From Harriotta raleighana (taxonomy: Eukaryota), in the NCBI GenBank assembly GCA_050575255.1, contig JBNZDD010013732.1:9618225-9682224 (forward strand): a stretch of DNA of 64,000 bases, written 5' to 3'. Within the stretch, counting starts at the first letter, position 1, and every line of letters begins with the position of its first letter. Position numbers and translations under genes: made by a program. The notes under the pieces are model-generated. The model searched no databases. It was not told where the DNA came from and saw only the letters and a list, made by a program, of their open reading frames with translations. This document shows positions 23,901 through 32,754 of the stretch, piece after piece.

Positions 23901-26900
23901 ATTCTGTATATGAGAAAGAAAGCCACAACTGCTCTTCAAATATTCTTTGTCTTTTGTTCTCCCTCTACCCTCCTGAATGCACTGATGTTTAATACAGTGG
24001 TGTCAATTTGCAAGCCGAATGGCTCGGATGGTCCTATAATCCTTGCATTTGATATAACGCGTTTCACATCTGCTAGACTTCTCAAAGCGCTTCATAGAAT
24101 GTACTGTAAAGTGAATTGACTGTATATTTATGTCCTAGTTGTATAAACAGTGGGAAACTTTCTGAACAATGCTTTCATACTTTCCAGAATTAGGTAAGCA
24201 AAGTATATGTCTCCAGGGAGAAATTCTGCATTTAATTCCAGACATTGGGAAATTTTCACGTGGAGATAGCATGCATATGTAAAACTATGCTGTTTGAATA
24301 CCCCCAAGCTTGGTGATAGATTTATGCATGTGTTAGACCAAAACAAATAGTAACCAGCATTCGGTGCTTAGGCCAAGCAGCCTTGATTCCTGCATAAACT
24401 GACTGTGAGTGTTGGCAGGCTATTTGACTGTAAATGGTATCATTACTGAGCCAAGTGTTTTCATTCAACTGATGTTTGCCAATATGTATTTGCCAGCAGA
24501 AGTCACTGTCTCACCTCCCTGGGTTGAGATCAGCTCATTCAGCATGGACCAAAAATTAAACTGCCAACTTTCTGGATTGGACATTTCGGTCCTACACCTA
24601 ATGATCCCTTTACCTATTTAATTTTTAAGGGAGCTGAAGTCTTTAAAACCAACCAAGAATCTGAGTTGGTATCAAAAAGAACTTCAGAAATGCTAGATGG
24701 AAAAAAAGACCAAGGTGCAACTAGTTCACCTTCCATCGACCTGGCGATTGCATGCATGTATGTCCTGAACATTCCTCCTTGTACAACAACCACCTGACTG
24801 ACCTATTTATGAAGTTGATGTGATTTCAAACAATATTAAATATGTATATCATGTAGCTCAGTGGTTAGAGCACTCGTCTTACAAGCGTGAGACCTGTGTT
24901 CGAATCCAGGAAGATCAGGGCGAAACCTTGGGCAAGTTTCCTTACTCCACACGCCTAATAATAATCCCTCCAAAAAAACCACAATAATAAAATTGGTCAT
25001 TTCAATCCATGACTGTTTGTGGGACACTGCTGTGCGCAATTGGCTGCCGCATTTCGCCCACAAATATACAGTCAATTCACTTTACAGTATATTCTGTGAA
25101 GCGCTTTGGGACGTCGATAAGATGTGAAAAGCGCTATATCAAATGCAAGGATTATTATTATTATAGAGCACTCGCCTTACAAGCGTGAGACCTGTGTTCA
25201 AATTCAAGCAGGTCAGAGCAAAACCTTGAGCAAGTTTCCTTACTCCATATGTCTAATAATAATCCGTCCAAAAATACTCACTATAATAAAAAAATTGGTC
25301 ATTTTCAATCCATGACTGTTTGTGGGACACTGCTGTGCCCAATTGGCTGGTGCATTTTGCCCACAAATATACAGTCAATTCACTTTACAGTGAAGCGCTT
25401 TGAGACGTCGATAAGATGTGAAAAGTGCTGTATCAAATGCAAGAATTATTATTATTATCCCATTTACGGTATCCCATAAAAATAAAATATGTACATCCCA
25501 TAAAATAACTGTAACCCATCAAATTAAATATGCGTATCCCATAAAATTAAATATATTTATCCCATTTACTAATCCCATAATTTATCCCATCATAAATTGG
25601 TTTAAATTCCTTTATAGTGGTTCTGAAGTGTAGACTGATCAGAAATTACTGACGCAAAATTAATGCAGACACCAATTTTTGAAACTGAGTTTGATATTGG
25701 ATGATTTCAATTTGATTCTATTAGCAAATGATAGTTTGGCATGTGTGAATCTGGCAGTCTTCAATCTGAAAAAATACCACGTGATTATAAGAGATAAATG
25801 CAGCAAAATTCATGAATAACAGAAACATTTTATCAATTTCTTAATTTTACTGCTTTCTGGTACAAGCCTATGAAACTCAGAAATAACAAAAAGCTTTAGC
25901 ATTTATGATCCTTGACCAGATGTTAATAGGGGGTGGAACACCGTAACATTTATAACAATCTGATTCAATTTTAATATATGGCGCCAAATTCAGCTGCAAT
26001 TATTTTATCTGAATGATATACTTTATGGAAATGGAAGTTTGCTGTTTCAATCTGGATTCCTTATTATGCAATCCAAGTGGATTCCCATTATCTGAAACCT
26101 GAAGTACAGCACACCGTTTTGTGGAGATTCCTCTCAAAATCTCCTTTCTAGATACAGTCAGAGCCGAGTTACTGTGAGTTGGTGTGTTGGACTTTCAATT
26201 CCATTGATGAAAATCACTGTGTATTAGACCCCCTTTGTTTGGGATTTCCTGCTCTTTTGATGTGATTGTTCACAATGTATGGTTGCAGTGCTCTGTGACA
26301 TGTGGGGAAGGAACACGAGCTCGCTACGTCAGCTGCAGAGATGCTCACGGAGGAGTAGCTGATGAATCATTTTGTGCCCACTTGCCTCGCCCACCTGAGA
26401 TGTCGACTTGCTTCAATCCTTGTGGGCAATGGCGTGCAGGGGAATGGTCCTCTGTAAGTTCTTTCGCCTTTCATTATTGGTATTTCTTTGATGGAATGTA
26501 TATACGGTACTTGATGATTTTGTTTGGGGGAGTTGTGGTAACAATCTCGGTACTTAAGTAAAGTAAATTGTCCTACTTATTTTTTCATATGTTTCCTCCT
26601 CGTAGATCAACGGCATGCCCGAACTATTTATGAAGCCAATGTGATTTAAAAAAAATTAAATGACAATGAAATGAATTTGTGGTAAATTTGGACTATTGCT
26701 TATCAGTCCTGTTCTTTCACTTCCTTCAGTGTTTACCCACTTCTCTTCTTTACAGTGTTCTGTGAGCTGTGGTCCTGGACGAGTGACCCGCCAAGTGGTT
26801 TGTGCAAGTTACCACCACCAGATCACAGATGGGAGTGATTGTGATCCTGATGAGAGACTCACACATGAGCAGGATTGCAGCCTTCCTCCATGTCCTCGGG

Positions 26901-29131
26901 ACTACCATGATTATCCAGCCCATTTCCCACAGCATGACTACCCACACCCACGGGGAGTCTATCCCTCCCACGATATTGTCAGCCAGAACACATGGAACAA
27001 TCCATCAGGGGGAAGTCAGTGGAGAACAGGACCTTGGGGGGCAGTAAGTTATACTCATAGCTGAAAGAGATTTGTTTTACTGTGCTTTTTTAAAAAAATG
27101 TTGTTTTAGAACCTACACATAATAATAATCCTTACATTTGATAAAACTCCTTCTCATGCCATCAAAACATCCCCAAATGCTTCACAGATTATACTCCCAA
27201 AGTAAATTGTCTGTATATCTTCTGGATGCAACACAGCAGACAATTGTGCATAGCTGTGTCCCTTAAACAGCCGTGAATTGATTGATCAAATTATTATTTG
27301 AAATATATATATTTTGAAAGGGAATATTACCTCTGGAAAATAACCTTCCAATCGACTCATAACCAAGTTCCTATTTACTGCTAGGTAAACAGAGGCGTGT
27401 GGAATAAGAAAATTTGCCTAATGTTTTGACCTACCCAAGAATCAAACCCAGATCCTCTCGTTTGCAAGAAGAGTGCTCTAATCAATATGCTACAGGATTT
27501 TAAAGGAATTAGGTGGTTCATAAGAAGAATATTAAAGGCTATAGAGAGTGAGCACAAGAATGAGGTTAGATTATATGACTCATATGGAGAAAACCACCAA
27601 TGTAGACTTGGAAGGTGAAACTGTCTCCCTGTAACACACTATGATTCTACTTGTAAATTCCTTTCTTTGCGAGGGGTAATCAATAGTGTCTCAAAACATT
27701 GTGCGAATCTAAAATGCTAAAATTTGCACCAAACTTTTGCACAAACTATTATATTGTCTCACCGATTCACCAAAACCTGCATATATTGTGGCTTTCAATC
27801 AAAATCAAAAATCAAAATTACATATATATGCAGAAAATGTTTTTAAATGAGAGTTTTCTGGGGTTGCTTGCTTATGAATGAAATATGTTAAGTGCTCGAG
27901 CACTTGCACAGGTGGATTCCAACGTCGAGTGGTGGTGTGCCATGATGCAGAAGGACGTTCCGCCAATAACTGTGATGAGAGAACAAAGCCGCCAGAGACC
28001 AGGCACTGTGATGCTGGACCCTGTCCTCACTGGAACTATGGGAACTGGGGTGAAGTATGTATTCTATGGATTGAGCTGAATTTTAGACTTTAGTCTTTTT
28101 CTGTATCATATTATGGTTGTTTTATTATATTCTCATTTTATCTCCAAATCATTGAAAATTCGGCTTAAGTAAGTGTAAGTGTTTAAAATCGAATAATTTA
28201 ATCGTACATTTTCTCACTAACTTTTCTTCCACTGAAGGTGTTTGAAGCCTTTTACTTTGGCTTTCTCCTGGGATACAGTTCCATGATCTCCAGGCATCCT
28301 CTGGTGCCTTGCCACGTAACCATAGTAATTCATGGTTGATGTTGATAATGAGTGTTGGAAGGCAACCTATCAATGGGGTATCAGAGTTAATTCCCATCCT
28401 GTCCATTGCATGCACTTTCTATCAGGGGGTCACTGGATAGTGATTAGTCATGGGAATCCCAGCTCATTTTCACTTCCCTAGGTCACAAGTTACCGGATGA
28501 GTTTTGGATGAAGAAGATTTGAACTCCTCCTTCCAGAATAGCCACCCTTAATTCTCCCATTAGTGTATCAAGTTTTTTTTTAATGAGTCCAGTAACCTAT
28601 TCTCATGAAATAATTCGTGCTCGCTTTCCTGAAATTTCCTTTTACAACTCTAAATTCATGTTGTCTCTATGTGAGCGACTGTATTGTTCTGGGTTTATCT
28701 CTCAATCCATTTGTAATCTACTCTCTGAGACAACAACAATTTGGAATTATATAGCGCCCTCCACGCCAGAAGCGTCGCAGAGCGCTCAGAGACTCTCAGA
28801 GACACCTCCACTCACGGCCTATGAGCTCTAACTTTTCTAAGCATTGCTTCTACCTTATTCTTCCAACATTTGCCCCTTCTCCCTTGCTTGGCAAGACGCA
28901 CTATTTGAGTGTGTAATCTTACTTCTAATTGCAATTTCTATTTTGCAATTATAGTGTACACAGTCGTGCGGTGGTGGAACAAGAACAAGATACGTCATAT
29001 GCCAACTGACAAATGGTCAAAGGCTGAGCGATCAGAACTGTGAAATCTTGGAGAAGCCCCCAGATATGGAACAGTGCAGCGTGCATCCATGTCCTGCTGG
29101 TGTTTCTTGGCATCGAGGCCCGTGGAATTCG
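5174..29131 (+). CDS. ADAMTS20: ADAMTS20 (ADAMTS9/20 subfamily), partial multi-exon CDS: 17 internal exons, 886 aa, disintegrin end through TSR10 and the start of TSR11
   Basis: Manual splicing at AG/GT sites gives one open frame (exon lengths 146,182,137,118,96,167,130,127,211,165,165,120,102,165,288,162,177). It shows WxxW and CxxxCGxG TSR motifs and the ADAMTS Cys-rich/spacer order. Segments such as [62 protein letters not shown] and WNYGNWGE match my recollection of ADAMTS20 rather than ADAMTS9. Confidence 0.88.
5570..6050 (+). repeat. Unclassified ancient dispersed repeat, copy A (inverted relative to copy B at about 45540-46052)
   Basis: Colinear shared blocks with the reverse complement of 45750-46052, e.g. 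caaggctt..gacc.caga, tactgctgg, agggcttt, gtcc.cagt.a.tgg, atcagca, gctcagg. Confidence 0.6.
6083..6305. mobile_element. Penelope-like-element-derived inverted repeat (about 75-bp arms) with degenerate hammerhead core
   Basis: Arms 6128-6202 and 6213-6287 (ctcagcaggtcaggcagcatctatg / catagatgctgcctgacctgctgag). Minus strand reads CTGATGA-AAGGTCATCAACCT-AAAA-TGTTAAC; plus arm reads AAGGTCATCAATCT-GAAA-TGTTAAC. The inverted repeat is seen directly; the Penelope assignment is from memory. Confidence 0.65.
6472..6653 (+). CDS. ADAMTS20: ADAMTS20 window exon 2: end of TSR1 and start of Cys-rich domain
   Basis: tttag|G CCC...GGC A|gtgagt; [60 protein letters not shown]; phase 2/1. Confidence 0.95.
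7085..7628. mobile_element. Non-autonomous Tc1/mariner (Tigger/pogo-like) MITE
   Basis: TA|CAGTAAAAGCCCGTTTATCC...GGATAAGTGGGCTTTTACTG|TA: about 20-bp TIRs and a TA duplication. Confidence 0.85.
7343..7564. repeat. 91-bp tandem repeat (about 2.4 copies) inside the MITE
   Basis: tacaatattct.ttattacagtatctgttatt... starts at 7343, 7434 and 7525. Confidence 0.85.
7735..7871 (+). CDS. ADAMTS20: ADAMTS20 window exon 3: Cys-rich domain
   Basis: tgcag|TT CTT ATG...TGT CGG|gtaggt; [46 protein letters not shown]; phase 1/0. Confidence 0.95.
8863..8980 (+). CDS. ADAMTS20: ADAMTS20 window exon 4: end of Cys-rich domain, start of spacer
   Basis: ttttag|CAA GCA...TAT G|gtgagt; [39 protein letters not shown]; phase 0/1. 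Confidence 0.95.
12491..12750 (-). mobile_element. Chimeric element: L2-type 3' tail joined to the SINE central segment
   Basis: + strand: L2 tail (atagcgcctttcacgtcaggaggac..aaggcgctg), G-rich linker, taggaaaaattgactgtatatttgtgggcgaaac...cataaacagtcatgga (SINE body), G-rich sequence; same layout at 35666-35852. Confidence 0.75.
12855..12995 (+). mobile_element. Deu-domain SINE fragment
   Basis: ctgcatttttggaggt..gagatgttaaacaaaggtcc..gtctgtt..gtggatattaaa..gaagggagttt resembles 3318-3425 and 62717-62780. Confidence 0.5.
13137..13232 (+). CDS. ADAMTS20: ADAMTS20 window exon 5: spacer domain
   Basis: tatag|GA TAT...CTT G|gtaagc; [32 protein letters not shown]; phase 1/1. Confidence 0.95.
14453..14619 (+). 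CDS. ADAMTS20: ADAMTS20 window exon 6: spacer domain
   Basis: ttttag|CC TTA...CTG CAG|gtatga; [56 protein letters not shown]; phase 1/0. Confidence 0.95.
14790..15240 (+). mobile_element. LINE/L2 3' end spanning an assembly gap
   Basis: atcccgcagtccct...ttcaagaccta ccttcctcttcaaccgcgccttc, C-rich UTR, tail gggacgtcctcccgacatgaaaggcgctgtacaaatgtaattttgttgttg. Confidence 0.85.
14974..15092. other. Assembly gap (119 N) flanked by poly-C
   Basis: N run preceded by about 94 C. Confidence 0.98.
15686..15815 (+). CDS. ADAMTS20: ADAMTS20 window exon 7: end of spacer, start of TSR2
   Basis: ggaag|GTT TTA...CAA G|gtaaat; [43 protein letters not shown]; AAG acceptor; phase 0/1. Confidence 0.92.
16165..16415 (-). 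mobile_element. Degraded Deu-type SINE
   Basis: SINE tail aatccttgcatttgatatag, gcagccaat..gcacagc, and ctcccttctcttttcaaagtgccac..atctgaacaga (reverse of the Deu block seen at 62725-62780). Confidence 0.55.
18026..18152 (+). CDS. ADAMTS20: ADAMTS20 window exon 8: TSR2
   Basis: tatag|GT GAA...TTA AG|gtgagt; [43 protein letters not shown]; phase 1/2. Confidence 0.95.
19136..19346 (+). CDS. ADAMTS20: ADAMTS20 window exon 9: TSR3
   Basis: tgcag|G TGG...TCA CAG|gtaaca; [27 protein letters not shown]...[17 protein letters not shown]; phase 2/0. Confidence 0.95.
19407..19505. repeat. Near-perfect inverted repeat: 43-bp arms, 1 mismatch, 13-nt loop
   Basis: aaaatctggacttgaaaaggaagctgtgatgatcagaattcat / atgaattctgatcatcacagattccttttcaagtccagatttt. 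Confidence 0.95.
19998..20162 (+). CDS. ADAMTS20: ADAMTS20 window exon 10: TSR4
   Basis: cctcag|TGC TCC...AGT GAG|gttagc; [55 protein letters not shown]; phase 0/0. Confidence 0.95.
20943..21107 (+). CDS. ADAMTS20: ADAMTS20 window exon 11: TSR5
   Basis: tgcag|TGC CTA...GGA CCG|gtgagt; [55 protein letters not shown]; phase 0/0. Confidence 0.95.
21388..21695 (+). mobile_element. Degraded LINE/L2 fragment
   Basis: ctccactggctccccat...tttaaatccctccacggtcttgtcccaccctac...caccatcagtggttgggcttt-like...ctcaagatcttcctctttgacc; homologous to 2345-2640. Confidence 0.7.
22080..22199 (+). CDS. ADAMTS20: ADAMTS20 window exon 12: TSR6
   Basis: ttgcag|TGT GCT...AGC CAG|gtaaat; [40 protein letters not shown]; phase 0/0. 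Confidence 0.95.
22513..22832 (+). mobile_element. tRNA-derived SINE, full length
   Basis: ggagtcctgtagctc..ggttaaagcactcgcc...aaatgcaaggattattatt. Confidence 0.9.
23409..23510 (+). CDS. ADAMTS20: ADAMTS20 window exon 13: end of TSR6, linker 1, start of TSR7
   Basis: ttacag|AAC TGC...ACA CCT|gtaagt; [34 protein letters not shown]; phase 0/0. Confidence 0.93.
24035..24129 (-). mobile_element. tRNA-derived SINE 3' fragment
   Basis: aatccttgcatttgatata...aaagcgcttcatagaatgtactgtaaagtgaattgactgtatattt. Confidence 0.8.
24405..24590 (-). mobile_element. Ancient SINE fragment (AmnSINE2-like)
   Basis: gtgagtgttggcaggctatttgactg..ccagcagaagtcactg..ttgagatcagctcattcagca; shares blocks with 28265-28482; family name from memory. 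Confidence 0.5.
24852..25458 (+). mobile_element. Head-to-tail dimer of the tRNA-derived SINE
   Basis: Copy 1 is 24852-25163 ending in (tta)n; copy 2 starts directly at tagagcactcgcc (25164) and ends in (tta)n at 25458. Confidence 0.9.
26289..26453 (+). CDS. ADAMTS20: ADAMTS20 window exon 14: TSR7
   Basis: ttgcag|TGC TCT...TCC TCT|gtaagt; [55 protein letters not shown]; phase 0/0. Confidence 0.95.
26756..27043 (+). CDS. ADAMTS20: ADAMTS20 window exon 15: TSR8 and His/Pro-rich linker 2
   Basis: ttacag|TGT TCT...GGG GCA|gtaagt; [65 protein letters not shown]...[11 protein letters not shown]; phase 0/0. Confidence 0.95.
27119..27499 (-). mobile_element. Diverged tRNA-derived SINE with internal insertion
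   Basis: Tail ataataataatccttacatttgata at 27119; head ...aatcaaacccaga..gagtgctctaatcaatatgctacagga at 27440-27497. Confidence 0.7.
27893..28054 (+). CDS. ADAMTS20: ADAMTS20 window exon 16: TSR9
   Basis: gttaag|TGC TCG...GGT GAA|gtatgt; [54 protein letters not shown]; weak AAG acceptor; phase 0/0. Confidence 0.93.
28265..28482 (-). mobile_element. Ancient SINE fragment (AmnSINE2-like)
   Basis: ctgggatacagttcca..tgagtgttggaaggc..tgcactttctatcagggggtcactggatagtgat..gggaatcccagctcatttt..cccta; related to 24405-24590. Confidence 0.55.
28955..29131 (+). CDS. ADAMTS20: ADAMTS20 window exon 17: TSR10 (last exon found in window)
   Basis: attatag|TGT ACA...AAT TCG|gtacga; [59 protein letters not shown]; phase 0/0. 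Confidence 0.95.
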
Positions 29132-29948
29132 GTACGATAGTATTCTTTCTCTTTCTCACTGGTGTGCTCAGCATTATAACACAGTGGTGCACGTTTACTG
29201 GGAGAAATAATTTTGTATTCGTTAATGAATGTAACATAAATCACACTCTTTAATTTTTATCGTGGCGGGATAGGAGAAGGGAAGGATTCGAATCCAAATT
29301 TTGCCAGAGACACCATTCATGTATGTAGTTGTCCAATTTATAGACAAGAAGTCTGCTGGTGCTTTAGCCTATATTCAAGGGATCATTAAAATCCTAGTTA
29401 CAAATATTTTTAAGGAACTTAACTTGAATGACCACATAATTCTAATCATGGCACTGTATGGCTGACCAAGCTGTAGTTTTAGACTGTTATCATTTTTTTA
29501 CTGCAAAAAGATAACAATGGTGGTGCTTAATTTGTTTCCACTGATTTTACTTGGTAATGGTGATCCGGAAATAGCAGTGCACAATATGTATATTTGTGGA
29601 TAGTACTTTTAAAAAAAAATTTGCTGCATGAAACCAGAAAGCAACAACAGATAATTTGTATAATAGAAAGTGTAATTTTGTACATTTTGTAGGTTTAAAT
29701 CTTGAATATGTTGATGAATCTCTTTTTTAAGTTATGCACACTTTATAAAAACAATGATATTAGACATTTTTCTAATTGGTGTTTTTACCATACATGGCAA
29801 ACTTTAGGGTTTGTCTGTTTAAAAGCGAACTTGAAAAGTTGTCAAACAATGGAAACGATAAGGGAATTACTGAAGTAACCCAATGCAATGTGTTTACAAA
29901 GAGATTGTTTACTATTGGTCTAATATTAAATACATAGGCCTACTATCA

Positions 29949-29989
29949 TTATATGTATATATATATGTATGTATATATATAGATATATA
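29949..29989. repeat. Imperfect (TA)n microsatellite
   Basis: ttatatgtatatatatatgtatgtatatatatagatatata. Confidence 0.8.
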
Positions 29990-32204
29990 ACATCACGTTG
30001 AATCAAGAGTTTATCTTTTTAGGTGGATCGTCTTGGCTGGGAGATCCCAGCTCAGAGCCAGTTTTAAATTTGCATACCCACTTCTTTGATAACTTCTGCT
30101 CAAAGTTGCTGGTTGCCACATCAGGATCTTATGCAGAGATCCAGTGTTAAAAAATAAGTTATCAATGTTCTACACAAATGTACAAACTTTTCATTTGAGT
30201 GCAAAGAGATGTAAGACAACTAAATGAATCAGCATTATTTAGATATTTTTTAACATGACAAAGTGAATGCACACTGAATTATGAATACTGATGGCAGCCG
30301 TTAACAGAATTTTACCTCTTTTTCGATAATAGAAAAGATGCTCAGTTTTAACATAACACAGAAATACCTCCACTCATTTTTGGTGACACAGCATTTAACG
30401 CTTCATTTGTTGCTGTTCTTCTGGATTATCATTAACCATGTCTTTTGTGCATTATTTTTGAGTTCCAACACTGAGCCCCAGAAGTACCCAGTGATTCCAT
30501 TCAAACAATCAAAGGATTGAATTGCTGTGCTTCTGTTTCCTTCTTTTTGGCACAGGAGCCCAATAAATATCTCAGATTTATTTACAGTGAAGCCAGGCAA
30601 GCAGTTATAAAATGTCACTGTTGCTTATTTGGTTAGTTGTATTGGTAAACTTGGTGGGAAGAAAGCATTAATATTTTCACAATAACATCTCAACATTGAG
30701 CTTGGTTGAATGGACATTGGTCCATTAAATTGTTTTAAATTAAATCTATTTTTACAACTAATACCTAAAACTTTGCTGCTTTTGTCAGACTTCAGTTTTG
30801 AAAAAAAAGAAATTTAGAACAAAAATTGAATATTTTCTGTGAAGTTTCAAACTGTATTTTCCACCATTTCTTGTTTCTTTCTGAAATATTTGCATCTGAC
30901 TCAAGTCCCCTGTCTCCTCTCATCAGGTCACCTTTCTGTTTGTAATTCAGCCCTTCTCCAACCTTCCCATTCAGGACTGGCAATCATCCAACACAGAATA
31001 CATTTTGCAGATAGTTCTGTTTGATTACCCTCCACAAGTATCTAATTGTTAGTTGCTTGCTTTGAGAAGGAAGAGAAATACACTCACATATTCATACATG
31101 TATTGATGAATTTCAGATGTGCAAATGGCTAAATCTTTAGTTAAGTTGGGCTTTGGAAGATTCATTAATTATCTTAGGCCTCTTTTGTCCTTGAAAAGCT
31201 GACAATTGCCATCCTGTGTCCATACTTAGTATGCCAAAGAAAGGTATGATGGACTATGATTCACAGGGTCAGACTTCTTCATCTGATGTATGAAGTCTGA
31301 CCCCCACATTGTAGCTTTTCTACTTTCTGGACAGAGCATCAGAACACTTTATGATAGGTGAGTGGTCCATCTTAGTGGAGAGGAAATTCCAGCAGTTGGC
31401 AACACCATCTAAATGCCCATGAACCCTGTTTTCTACAAAAAATCCATCTCTCATTAGGCAGGCATAGGAGAGCATTTATGTTCTTTCAGGAAATAAAATC
31501 TCAGCTGTTTCGCCTAACTATATGAAGATAAAACAGTATTGAGAGCAATAGAAAAGTAAGTAAGAATTGTCATTGAGCATGGTTATCAAGTTAGTTCAGT
31601 GGAAACAGAATTTAGTTGGTAGCTCCTAAAATGTCACAATTTATCATTGAGACAAATAAACGAAATAAAACAAATGAAAACATAACAAATTAAGTGAAGG
31701 TAACTGATTGAAGAAAGATCTTTTGTGAATATTGTTCACAACATTTGAACTGTAAAGTTGTACATTTGGTAATTGAAAGGATATGTCTTGTTCTCACTCT
31801 GAGCACCAATATTGTCAATATTATCTCCCCCTTTATTTTCTCGATTTGTTTAACCCACTCATTTCTCGCTCTTTCATTCTTTTGCCCCATTTCCATCTTC
31901 ATCGTTCTTTTTCTTTTTCAATTTGCTGTGTGCAAATTGTCTGCTATATTCTTTTACAAATATACAACAACAAAATTACACTTGTATAGTGCCTTTCACG
32001 TCGGGAGGATGTCCCAAAGCGCTGATAATACACCTTACAGCAATTATCTGTGAAGCACTTTGAGGAATTTTGATGTTATTAGGTGCCATATCAAATGCAA
32101 AGATTATTTATACTTTTTATAAGTGAATTATGCACATATGGCCCCTACCCATGCAGGAACAGCTTGTTGCTTATTCGTGTTCCATGCTTAAGCTTGACTT
32201 CAAA

Positions 32205-32754
32205 TGCCCTGCAAGTTGGCCTTCCCAATTTGCAGACAATCCCGAACTCTGAGGCCCATGTCCTCTATCGCTCCAAGCTTCAAGATTCCATCTCACCCAT
32301 CCTTGCCCGACTCCATTGGCTCCCTATCATCCAGAGGATCCAATTCAAGATCCAGGTTCTCATGTTTAAAGCCCTCCATGGCCTCACACCACCCTACATC
32401 CATGACCTTCTAACCCCCTACCAATTTGCCCTCCCCCTCAACTCAGCAGACTCTAACCTGCTCCATGTCCCCCGACCCACTCATCCCACCATTGGCAGGC
32501 CACTTTAGCCACTTTGCCCCCAACCTCTGGAACTTCATCCCGCAGCCCTTTAAACTCGCTCCCTCCCTGGCCTCCTTTAAGTCCCGCCTCACGACTCTCC
32601 TCTTCAATAGTCCCATCGGCTATTCCAAATCCCACTTGCCCTCTGCGCCCTCCCTGACCCAGCTCAAGTCTGAAACAATGAGTGTCCAGCTCCTTGGGAT
32701 GTTCTCCTGATGTGAAAGGCTCTGTACAAGGGCAATTTTGTTATCGTTGTTGTT
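32205..32754 (+). mobile_element. LINE/L2 3' fragment
   Basis: ISPILARLHWLPIIQRIQFKIQVLMFKALHGLTPPYIHDLLTPY; L2 tail ending (gtt)n. Confidence 0.88.

Noticed and set aside
26727-26755. Alternative upstream acceptor (ttccttcag|tgttt) for exon 15
   Set aside because: Adds 26 nt and shifts the frame; no support without RNA data.
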